Positions 18,772 through 28,508 of a DNA stretch of 36,419 bases are shown here, in pieces. The stretch's first letter is position 1. Each line of letters starts with the position of its first letter. Made by a program: the position numbers and the translations under genes. The notes under the pieces are model-generated. The model ran no database searches. It was not told the origin of the DNA and saw only the letters and a list, made by a program, of their open reading frames with translations. The stretch is from an uncultured Undibacter sp. (lineage in GTDB: Bacteria; Pseudomonadota; Alphaproteobacteria; Rhizobiales; Xanthobacteraceae): assembly GCA_964618715.1 (NCBI GenBank), contig CAZUDR010000002.1, positions 1-36,419 of the forward strand. Direction: 5' to 3'.

Positions 18772-19776
18772 CTAGCGACGGCGCAGATATCCCGACTGCT
18801 CGAACCAGTCGATCGCGTCCCTGATGCCTTCGGCGAACGGACGCGCCTTGTAGCCCAGTTCGCGCTCCGCCTTGGCGGCGGTGAAGAACATGCGGTTCTT
18901 CGACATGCGCAGTGCGTCCACCGTGATGAAAGGTTCGCGCCGCGTGCGGCGCGCGACCATTTCGACCATGACCGCCAGCGGCATCACCGCCGAGCGCGGA
19001 AGTCTGATGCGTGGCGGACGGCGACCCATGTGATGCGCAACGGCAGCAAGGATTTCGGACAGCGACGAGTTCTGCCCGCCGAGGATATAGCGTTCGCCGA
19101 TGCGGCCGCGCTCGAAGGCCAGAAGATGGCCGGCGGCGACGTCGTCGACATGCACCATGTTGAGCCCGGTATCGACGAACGCCGGCAAACGACCCGTGGC
19201 AGCCTCGACGATAATGCGGCCGGTCGGCGTCGGCTTGACATCGCGGGGACCGACCGGCGCCGACGGATTGACGATCACCGCGGGCAGGCCTTCGCGCACC
19301 ATCGATTCGACCAGCCGCTCCGCGACGATCTTGCTGCGCTTGTAGGCGCCGATCGCCGCGCTTTCGTGCAGGGGAACGGTTTCGTCCGTGATATCGCCCT
19401 TCGGGGTGCAGGCGAGCGTGGCAACACTGCTGGTATAGACGATGCGCTCGACACCGGCGCGCCTGGCCTCGTCCATTACCGTGCGGGTCGAAACGACGTT
19501 ATTATGCAGGATTTCGTCGGGGTCTGGCGCCCACAGCCGGTAGTCCGCGGCTACGTGAAACAGCGCGCGCACCCCGCACATCGCCGGCCGCACCGTTTCC
19601 GCGTCGCGCAGGTCGCCGCGCACGAACTCGATGTCCTGGCCGGCGAGATGCGCAACCGGGCTCGTCGGCCGCACCAGTGCCCGCACCCTGAAGCCGCGCT
19701 CGACCAGCTGCCGGGCCACCGCAGAGCCAATAAAGCCGCTGGCGCCGGTCACCAGTACCGTGTCATTGCCACTCAT
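18772..19776 (-). CDS. hpnA: Hopanoid-associated NAD-dependent epimerase/dehydratase
   Basis: LVTGASGFIGS, FHVAADYRLW, YKRSK, GPRDVKPTPTGRII. Confidence 0.9.
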   Translation of the reverse strand: MSGNDTVLVTGASGFIGSAVARQLVERGFRVRALVRPTSPVAHLAGQDIEFVRGDLRDAETVRPAMCGVRALFHVAADYRLWAPDPDEILHNNVVSTRTVMDEARRAGVERIVYTSSVATLACTPKGDITDETVPLHESAAIGAYKRSKIVAERLVESMVREGLPAVIVNPSAPVGPRDVKPTPTGRIIVEAATGRLPAFVDTGLNMVHVDDVAAGHLLAFERGRIGERYILGGQNSSLSEILAAVAHHMGRRPPRIRLPRSAVMPLAVMVEMVARRTRREPFITVDALRMSKNRMFFTAAKAERELGYKARPFAEGIRDAIDWFEQSGYLRRR

Positions 19777-19872
19777 AACCGGTGCCTACTACCGGATCGC
19801 CCTGCCCCGCAAGCTGGCGGCGGAAACGGGTTTCCTGCAAAGCGTGTCCCGGCACCTTATACTCCCGCCGCC

Positions 19873-20553
19873 ATGGCCCCCTCGACTTCCAGCGTTCTCA
19901 TCGCCGCCGGCCTGGCCTTTGAGGCCCGAATCGCCGGCCGCGTACCCGCGGCGCGCACCTGCTGCGGACGCGGACCCGGACTGGCGGCCGGGCTGGAATC
20001 GGCGATGGCGCCCTCCTGCGGCGGCATCATCAGCTTCGGCATTGCGGGCGGACTCGATCCCGCCCTGTCGCCCGGAACGCTGATCGTCGCCACCACCGTG
20101 ATCGGCCCGGCCGGCGCTTTCGCCACCGACGAATCCTGGTCGCACAAGCTGGCGCGCGCCCTGCCCGACGCGGTTGCGGCGCCGCTGCTGGGTCTCGACG
20201 TGGCCGCCGCCGATCCTGCGGCGAAGGCCCAACTGTTCGACGAAACCGGCGCCGCCGCCGTCGACATGGAGTCGCACATCGCCGGAGACGTCGCTGCCCG
20301 CCACGGTCTGCCCTTTGCCGCGCTGCGCGTTGTTGCGGATCCGGCAGGCGGTCGCGTTCCGGCATCCGCCATTGCCGGACTGCGGGCGGACGGCAGCACC
20401 GATGTGACGGGCGTGCTGAAAAGCCTGCTGGGCAAGCCGGGAGACCTTGCGGCGCTGATTCACGTTGCCCGCGACACAGCGACGGCCCGAACCGCGCTCA
20501 AGGCGGCTGCACGGCGTGTCGGAAAGGGCTTCGGCCTGCCGGGCCTGGTCTAG
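19873..20553 (+). CDS. hpnG: Adenosylhopane nucleosidase / hopanoid-associated phosphorylase
   Basis: GLAFEARIA, IISFGIAGGLDP, AVDMESH, LRVVADP; this is the C-terminal part of ORF 18667..20553, likely start ATG at 19873. Confidence 0.85.
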   Translation: MAPSTSSVLIAAGLAFEARIAGRVPAARTCCGRGPGLAAGLESAMAPSCGGIISFGIAGGLDPALSPGTLIVATTVIGPAGAFATDESWSHKLARALPDAVAAPLLGLDVAAADPAAKAQLFDETGAAAVDMESHIAGDVAARHGLPFAALRVVADPAGGRVPASAIAGLRADGSTDVTGVLKSLLGKPGDLAALIHVARDTATARTALKAAARRVGKGFGLPGLV

Positions 20554-21713
20554 GCGGGCGCGGGAATGTCGCGCAGGCGCGAACCGACGGCGTCCAGCAC
20601 CAGATTGTGCGCGCGTTCGACGATGTCATCGAAGGAACGCGTGCGCACGAACATCGCGCGTGCCCGGGCGCTGATCTCGGCTCGTGTCGGCAGATGCGGA
20701 ATATGCGTGTTGGCGAGAATCTCCGCCGCACGATCCTGCGCGATCACCAGCCGCTGTTGCAGCGTCGCAAGCGACGCGCCTTCCAGCCGCGCGGCGACAG
20801 CGCTGGCGATCCAGTCGGTATTGAAGCTGGCAGCCAGTTGCCGCGCAGCACGATCGATAACACGCGAACCGAGCCTTTGCTCGTTGCGCAGCACGGCTTC
20901 CGAAGGCGCCTTCAGATCCCAGACCACACCGGTCCACGACAGCGCCTTGAGGATGTAGAACGTGGGATCCCACTCGTACCAGCGGAAACCCTGGCGCACG
21001 CTGCTCTGGCAGGCATGGTGATTGTTGTGCCAGCCCTCGCCCATCGTGAAGATTGCGAGCAGCCAGTTGTTGCGGGAGTCGTCGCCGGTGACGTAGCGCT
21101 TGCGGCCGTGCACATGGGCCAGCGAGTTGATGCAGAAGGTGCCGTGATAGACCGCGACCGTGCTCCAGAAGAAGCCGACGATCAGCCCCGGCCAGCCGGC
21201 GATGAGATAGCACAGCACGGCAAGGGCAATGCCGGGAAGTTTCTCGTAATCGTGCAGCCAGCGCAGCTCCGGGTACTGCATCAGGTCTTCGACCTTGACC
21301 GGATCAAACGTGTCGTGGTGGCGCGAAAAAATCCAGCCAAGATGGCTGTAGATGAAGCCGTGATGGCGTGGCGAATGGACGTCCCGCTCGGTGTCGGAGT
21401 GAAGGTGATGGTGGCGGTGCTTGGCCGCCCACCACAACACGCTCTTTTGCGTCGTGCTCTGCGACAACACCGCCAGAATGAACTGGAAGGCCCGGCTGGT
21501 GGAGTAGGCGCGGTGGGAAAAATAGCGGTGGTAGCCGGCACCGATGGCAAAGATTCGAATCCAGTAAAGCGCCACCCCCAGAACGACCGCCTGCCAGGTG
21601 ACTCCGGTCCAGATGGCACCAAAACTGGCCAGATGCATGATCACAAACGGAATGGCGGACGGATAGACGATGTCGTCATGCACTTCGGGGGTCTTGCCTT
21701 CAGGAGTCGTCAT
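20550..21713 (-). CDS. Membrane acyl-CoA (delta-9-like) fatty acid desaturase with a C-terminal extension
   Basis: His boxes HRYFSH, HRHHH and EGWHNNHH; INSLAH; TM segments. Confidence 0.88.
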   Translation of the reverse strand: MTTPEGKTPEVHDDIVYPSAIPFVIMHLASFGAIWTGVTWQAVVLGVALYWIRIFAIGAGYHRYFSHRAYSTSRAFQFILAVLSQSTTQKSVLWWAAKHRHHHLHSDTERDVHSPRHHGFIYSHLGWIFSRHHDTFDPVKVEDLMQYPELRWLHDYEKLPGIALAVLCYLIAGWPGLIVGFFWSTVAVYHGTFCINSLAHVHGRKRYVTGDDSRNNWLLAIFTMGEGWHNNHHACQSSVRQGFRWYEWDPTFYILKALSWTGVVWDLKAPSEAVLRNEQRLGSRVIDRAARQLAASFNTDWIASAVAARLEGASLATLQQRLVIAQDRAAEILANTHIPHLPTRAEISARARAMFVRTRSFDDIVERAHNLVLDAVGSRLRDIPAPA

Positions 21714-21772
21714 GGATCAGGTTTCTGTCTCTCGAGTGGATGAGCACATTCGCAACAGCCCGGCCCATGGTT

Positions 21773-21787
21773 GCGGCCGGAGGTCGC
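21773..21787. promoter_or_regulatory. Putative RegR/RegA/ActR box
   Basis: GCGGC-CGGAG-GTCGC, exact GCGGC-N5-GTCGC consensus, in the divergent desaturase/MBL intergenic region. Confidence 0.4.
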
Positions 21788-22012
21788 CGGGTTGACGCGC
21801 TGAGCCGGTACCCGTCCTTGCCGCCGTAGCACGAATCGACCGATCCGGCGCGTCGAACTTACCCCCGTGACGTTAAGTTTTCGAAGCGTATCAATGACGC
21901 AGGGGGTGTCCTGCCGCAAATCCGGCCAAAACGGCGGCATTGAGGAAGGTCAAGGTGCACGGGACGTTAACGGGGCTAGTGTGCCCGTATCAGCACTCCG
22001 CCTGAGGAAATC

Positions 22013-22909
22013 ATGAGCATGCAACAGACCAGTCCCTCGCGGGGCCCCAAATCGCCGGAGGTGACCGGCTTCTACGATCCCGACACCGGCAGCATCCAGT
22101 ATCTGGTCGCCGATCCCGGCAGCAAAAAAGCCGCCATCATTGATCCGGTATGGAATTTCGATCCGCGCAATGCGCGAACGGACACCCGGTCCGCTGACGA
22201 AATCCTGCAGCACGTCGGCAAACACGGGCTGACTGTGGAGTGGGTCCTCGACACGCATCCGCACGCCGACCACTTTACAGCGGGCGACTATCTGAAGGAA
22301 AAGCTGGGCGCGCCGCATGCGATCGGCGAGAAGGTGCGCGACGTCGCTGTGCTCTGGCGCAACTTCTACAACGAGCCCAGGGCATTCGACATCGACAAGG
22401 CCTATGACCGGCTGTTTGCCGATGGCGACACGTTCCGGATCGGCGCGCTGCCGGTGCGCGTCATGCTTTCGCCCGGCCACACGCTCGCCTCGGTCACCTA
22501 CATCGTCGGCGACGATGCTGCTTTCGTTCACGATACGCTGATGATGCCGGACTCAGGATCATCGCGCGCCGATTTTCCGGGCGGCGACGCGGCCACGCTC
22601 TATCGCTCGATCCAGGCGATTCTCGCCCTGCCGCCGCAGACGCGGCTGTTTGTCGGCCACGACTACGGCAAGGGCGGACGGGAGCCGGGATGGGAGGCGA
22701 CCGTCGCCGAACACAAGGCCTCGAATATCCACGTGAAGGACGGGACGTCGGAAAAGGACTACGTGAAGACGCGCACCGCGCGCGACAAGACGCTGCCGCT
22801 GCCCGACCGCATACTGCACGCCCTGCAAGTCAATCTGCGCGGCGGCCGGCTGCCCGATCCCGAGGACGACGGGCGCAGCTACTTCAGGATTCCGGCGAAC
22901 CGGTTCTGA
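22013..22909 (+). CDS. MBL-fold hydrolase, persulfide (sulfur) dioxygenase SdoA/Blh-like
   Basis: LDTHPHADH, SPGHT, HDTLMMPDSGSSRADFPGG, VGHDY, RTARDKTL; GAGG RBS. Confidence 0.8.
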   Translation: MSMQQTSPSRGPKSPEVTGFYDPDTGSIQYLVADPGSKKAAIIDPVWNFDPRNARTDTRSADEILQHVGKHGLTVEWVLDTHPHADHFTAGDYLKEKLGAPHAIGEKVRDVAVLWRNFYNEPRAFDIDKAYDRLFADGDTFRIGALPVRVMLSPGHTLASVTYIVGDDAAFVHDTLMMPDSGSSRADFPGGDAATLYRSIQAILALPPQTRLFVGHDYGKGGREPGWEATVAEHKASNIHVKDGTSEKDYVKTRTARDKTLPLPDRILHALQVNLRGGRLPDPEDDGRSYFRIPANRF

Positions 22910-22918
22910 GCGTCGCCG

Positions 22919-23913
22919 TCAGCCGGGTCGCACCTCGAGAATGATCTTGCCCTGCACGCCGCCGTCGCGCAGCGTGCGCAGGCCCTCGGCGAACCGCTCA
23001 AGCGGCAGCCGCCGGCCGATGTGCGGATCGATGCGGCCCTGCTGGCAGAGCGCGAACAGCTCGCGCTGGGCGTCGGCGACACGCTCGGGCGTACGGTCGC
23101 GATAGTCCGACCACTGCAGGCCGCTGACCGCGATGTTCTTGACCAGCAGATAGTTGGCCCTGATCGCCGGAATCTGTCCGCTGGCGAAGCCGACGATCAC
23201 CATGCGGCCGCACCAGGCCAGCGCGCGCAGCGCCGCCGCATGCGCATCGCCACCCACCGGATCAATCACAATATCGGCACCGCGTTTGCCTGTGATCTCC
23301 TGTACCCGCGCGCGCAGGCTGTCGCGCAGGTCCGGATCGCCCAGGTCGACGACATGATCGGCGCCGCATTGCAGCGCCAGCTCGGCATTGGCCTTGCCGC
23401 GCACGCCGCCAATGGTGAGCCCGGCACCGAGGGCCCTGGCCACCTGCAGGCTCGCCATGCCGACGCCGCCGGAGGCGCCGAGTGCCAGCACGACATCGCC
23501 GGGCCGGAACGCGGCGCGGTCCTTCAGCGCGAACCAGGCGGTCTGGTAGGTCAGTCCGAGCGCCGCCGCCTTGTCGAACGGCATGCCGGACGGAATCGGG
23601 TAGCAGTGCCCGGCGCGCGCTTTCACCTTTTCGGCGTAGGCGCCGAATTCGACCTCGACCGCCACCGCATCGCCGGGGGACAGACCCGCGACACCCTCGC
23701 CCACCGCACTGATGCGGCCGGCGGCGGCCTTGCCGGGTGAAAACGGCAACGCCGGCTTGAACTGGTAATTGCCCTCGATGACCAGAATGTCCGGGTAGTT
23801 GACCTCCGCCGCCACGACGTCGACCACCACCTCGCCGGGCCCCGGCACGGGATCGGCCACGTCTTCGACGCCGATCGTCTCGAACGGCGCGAACTGACGC
23901 ACCCATACCGCTT

Positions 23914-23917
<4 letters not shown>
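22919..23917 (-). CDS. NADPH:quinone oxidoreductase-like MDR (zinc-independent)
   Basis: EVNYPD, GASGGVG, DPVGG, VGFASG, NYLLVKN, GKIIL. Confidence 0.85.
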
Positions 23918-25022
<1,105 letters not shown>

Positions 25023-25026
<4 letters not shown>

Positions 25027-25649
25027 GAGTCGTTCTCCCGCATTTTCGCTACGACGGCGCGGCGCGCCGGTGCATAGGCCGGCGTGCCGTAAATTTCGAA
25101 TAGCGACGAACAGATGTCGTAATGCGAGGTCAGCCCGCCGCGCAGGATGCGCTCGATCGGTCCGTCCGGATAGCCGAGTCCCAGCCGGCAGGTCGTGTCG
25201 ATGTCGGCCTGGCTGGCAAGACCCTCGTCGAGCAGGCGAAGCGCGGCGTTGTATTTCGGCCGCACCAGGCGGTCGATGATGCGGCCGGCCTGATCGGTAC
25301 AGACCACGACGGTGAGCCCGGCACCCTCGAAGACGGCGCGCGCCGCCGCGATCGCTTCACCGGACGTATTTGGCCCGCGCACCAGCTCGACCAGACCGGA
25401 CGGCGCATCGCTGCCGTTGCGATAGCGCGCAAAGCCGAGCACGTTGGTCGCCGTATCATCCTCGCTGACATGCACACCCAGGCACTCATTGTGCAGTTCG
25501 ATCAGCACCGCGGCGTGCGGCGATGGCGCGTAGGGTACCCCGCAACAGATCAATACCTCGGCCTTGTCGGTCGCGTCCGCGCCTTCCAGGAAGGCGTCGC
25601 CGGCGGGGAACGAGCGACTCTCGCCCTTTTTGGTGATCGCATAACGCAT
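25023..25649 (-). CDS. 3-hydroxyacyl-CoA dehydrogenase C-terminal-domain protein lacking a Rossmann motif
   Basis: LVELVRGPNTS, DQAGRIIDRL, ADIDTTCRLGLGYPDGP; no GxGxxG. Confidence 0.75.
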
Positions 25650-25651
25650 GG

Positions 25652-26533
25652 TCAGGCCCCGAACATGGTGCTGCCCTGATAGTCGAAAAAGCCGCGGCCG
25701 GATTTGCGGCCGAGCAGGCCGGCCGCCACCATGCGCCGCAACAGCGGCGGCGTTGCCGCGCGCGGATCGAGCGTGACCGGGTAGAACGCCTCACAGAGCC
25801 GCACCTGGGTGTCGAGCCCGATCAGGTCGATCAGCTCGAGCGGACCCATCCTGTAGCCGAGCGCGGACTTGATCGCGGTGTCGATATCGGCGGCGGAGGC
25901 GACCCCCGCCTCGACCGCGCGGATGGCGTCATTGTTGAACGGGACCAGTAGCGCATTGAGGATGAAGCCGGGCTTGTCCTGGGTGCGCACCGGCTTCTGC
26001 CCGCAGGCCTCGGTCCAGGCCCAGGCCGTTTGCAGGGTCTCCTCCGAGGTGAGAAGGCCGGGCGACACCTCGATCAGCTTCATCAGCTGCGCCGGCAGGC
26101 AGAAATGCAGGCCGATGACCCGGTCCGGCCGCCGGCAGCCGGCGGCGATCTCGGTGATCGACAGGGTCGAGGTGTTCGAGGCGAAGATCGTGTGGGCGGG
26201 ACAGATCGCATCGAGCTTGCCGAGCAGGTCCCGCTTCACGGCAAGATCCTCGAACACCGCCTCGATGACCAGATCGCACTGCGCCAGCGCGGCCATGTCG
26301 GTGGTGCTCTCCATTCTTGCCAGGATCGCGTCGCGCCTGTCTTCGGTGAGCCGGCCGCGCTCGACCGATTTGGCGAAGAAACCGGCGATCTGTCTGGTTG
26401 CGCGGGCGAGCGCCGCGTCCGAGATGTCGACGCCGATGGTGCGGAATCCGGCCCGTGCGGCGACAATGGCGATGCCCGCCCCCATGGTGCCGGCCGCGCC
26501 GCACACGCCCACGGTCCTGATCCCCGCACTCAT
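25652..26533 (-). CDS. 3-hydroxyacyl-CoA dehydrogenase
   Basis: GAAGTMGAGIA, VIEAVFE, ASNTSTLSI, GLHFCLP, DKPGFILN, GPLELIDLIGLD. Confidence 0.9.
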   Translation of the reverse strand: MSAGIRTVGVCGAAGTMGAGIAIVAARAGFRTIGVDISDAALARATRQIAGFFAKSVERGRLTEDRRDAILARMESTTDMAALAQCDLVIEAVFEDLAVKRDLLGKLDAICPAHTIFASNTSTLSITEIAAGCRRPDRVIGLHFCLPAQLMKLIEVSPGLLTSEETLQTAWAWTEACGQKPVRTQDKPGFILNALLVPFNNDAIRAVEAGVASAADIDTAIKSALGYRMGPLELIDLIGLDTQVRLCEAFYPVTLDPRAATPPLLRRMVAAGLLGRKSGRGFFDYQGSTMFGA

Positions 26534-27696
26534 CTGTCGATGAAACTCCGCCCGATCAGTTGCCGGTGCACCTGGTTGGTCCCTTCCCAGATCTGCGTGA
26601 TCTTGGCGTCGCGCAGCAGGCGCTCGACCCGCAGGTCACGAATATAGCCATAGCCGCCATGCATCTGCACCGCCTCGGTGGCCATGCGCATGGCGAGATC
26701 GCTGGCGCGCAGTTTGGCGATCGAGGCCTCGACGCCGAACTCCGCGCCGCCACCCTCGATGAGCGCGGCGACGTGGTCGAGCCAGTTTTCCGCCATCGCC
26801 AGTTCGGCGACGAGGTCGGCCAGCATGAACTGGTTGCCCTGGAAGTCGATGACCCGGCGGCCGGACTGCACGCGTGTGTTCATGTAGGCCACCATGTCCC
26901 TGAAGGCAGCGGTCGCGATGCCGAGCGCGTGCGCGGCAATGCTCGGCCGCGACTTGTTGAGCGAGGCGAGCAGCAGCGCCAGACCTTCGCCCGGCTTGCC
27001 GAGAATGTTGGCGCGCGGCACCCGCGCGCCGGAAAACGCCAGCCCGGCCGTGGACGACGCGCGGTGGCCGAGCTTCTTTTCGATCCCGGTGATCTCGAAG
27101 CCGGGTGTGTTCTTCTCGACGATCAGCGCGGTGATGGCGCCCCTGGCATCGTCGATCTCGCTCCACTTGCCGAAGACCAGCAACAGGTCGGCGACATCGC
27201 CGCTGGTGATGAACAGCTTGCCGCCGTCGATCACCACTTCGTCGCCGTCGGGGGTGAAACGCGTTTTCATGGCGGTCGCATCGGAACCGGCAGTGGCTTC
27301 GGTAATTGCCAGCGAGGCGAGCGCGCCCTGCGCGATGCGTGGCAGCAGCCGCTGTTTCTGCTCCTCGCTGCCGAAATCGATCAGCGGCTTCATGCCGTGG
27401 AATGTGGTGGCGTAGATGATGCCGGTGGACGCGCAGGCTTCCGAGATCGCCTGCACCACGGCGAGGTAGAGCCGGTAGGACATCGGCGCGCCGCCATAGG
27501 CCTCCGGCACGAAGATGGCATTCAGGCCGAGCGCCTTGATAGCGTCCACGCTGTCCTTCGGGAACGTCTCCTCGGCGTCATAGCGCGCGGCATTGGGCGC
27601 GATCACCTCTTCGGCGACACGCCGCACCTGGTCGAGCAGGATGCGCTCGTCCTCGCTCCAGTTGCGGCGCTGTTCGAGCTGCGAAAAGACGTTCAT
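26530..27696 (-). CDS. Acyl-CoA dehydrogenase
   Basis: AITEATAGSDA, GGKLFIT, KKLGH, QMHGGYGY, RDAKITQIWEGTNQV (catalytic Glu). Alternative GTG start at 27744 overlapping the ECH stop. Confidence 0.92.
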   Translation of the reverse strand: MNVFSQLEQRRNWSEDERILLDQVRRVAEEVIAPNAARYDAEETFPKDSVDAIKALGLNAIFVPEAYGGAPMSYRLYLAVVQAISEACASTGIIYATTFHGMKPLIDFGSEEQKQRLLPRIAQGALASLAITEATAGSDATAMKTRFTPDGDEVVIDGGKLFITSGDVADLLLVFGKWSEIDDARGAITALIVEKNTPGFEITGIEKKLGHRASSTAGLAFSGARVPRANILGKPGEGLALLLASLNKSRPSIAAHALGIATAAFRDMVAYMNTRVQSGRRVIDFQGNQFMLADLVAELAMAENWLDHVAALIEGGGAEFGVEASIAKLRASDLAMRMATEAVQMHGGYGYIRDLRVERLLRDAKITQIWEGTNQVHRQLIGRSFIDR

Positions 27697-27740
27697 CAGT
27701 CGCCTATTCCATGCCGACGCCGGCGATGATGGTCCAGCCT

Positions 27741-28508
27741 TCACGCATCGCGGAAATCCGGTTTCCGCTTCTCGACAAAGGCGGCCATGCCCTCCTCCGC
27801 GTCGGCGGTGCGATAGGCGAGCGTGGAGAGTTCGGCCTCGGTCTTCAGACCTTCGGCCAGCGGCAGTTCGGCGGCACGGCGCACCGCAGCACGGGCGAAT
27901 TCCAGCGTGCGCAGGCTGTGGCCGGTGAACTCCCTGGCGAAGGCGAGGCCCGCCTCCAGCGGATCATCCTCGATCAGCCGGTTGACCAGTCCGATGCGCA
28001 GCGCCTCCTCGGCATCGACGAAGCGGCCGGTCATGATCATCTCGAGGGCGCGCGCCTCGCCGACCAGCCGCGGCAATCGCTGGGTGCCGCCATAGCCGGG
28101 GATGAGCCCGAGCTTCACTTCGGGCAGCCCCATTTTGGCGTTGCGCGCGGCCAGCCGGAAGGTGCAGGCCATGGCGAGCTCGAGCCCGCCGCCGAACGCG
28201 TGGCCGTTGATCACCGCGACGGACGGCATCGGCAGCTCATCGAGCCTGGCGAAGACCCCCTGCCCCAGTTCGGCGCCGCGCTTCTGCTCGATCAGGCTGC
28301 GCCCGCGCAGTTCCGTGATGTCGGCGCCGGCGCAGAACGCCTTCGGCCCCGCCCCGGTAATGATCAGCGCGCGTGCGTCGGAGGCGGCGACCCGGTCGAA
28401 CGCCTCGCCGATCTCGCGCAGCAACGCGAAGGACAGCGCGTTCAGCACCTCCTGCCGGTCGATGGTGAGGACGGCGACCTCGTCGCGGCGTTCAAGACGG
28501 AGCGGCAT
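27741..28508 (-). CDS. Enoyl-CoA hydratase (crotonase)
   Basis: AFCAGADI, AFGGGLELA and PEVKLGLIPGYGGTQRL (both catalytic Glu). Likely start is the ATG at 28508 (TGATG overlap). Confidence 0.9.
   Translation of the reverse strand: MPLRLERRDEVAVLTIDRQEVLNALSFALLREIGEAFDRVAASDARALIITGAGPKAFCAGADITELRGRSLIEQKRGAELGQGVFARLDELPMPSVAVINGHAFGGGLELAMACTFRLAARNAKMGLPEVKLGLIPGYGGTQRLPRLVGEARALEMIMTGRFVDAEEALRIGLVNRLIEDDPLEAGLAFAREFTGHSLRTLEFARAAVRRAAELPLAEGLKTEAELSTLAYRTADAEEGMAAFVEKRKPDFRDA

Noticed and set aside
18667-19872. Apparent 628-aa HpnG with a long N-terminal extension
   Set aside because: The extension is the antisense of hpnA; phosphorylase similarity starts at the ATG at 19873.
21881-21894. 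FNR/FixK-like site TCGAA-GCGT-ATCAA
   Set aside because: Only one good half-site; two mismatches in the other.
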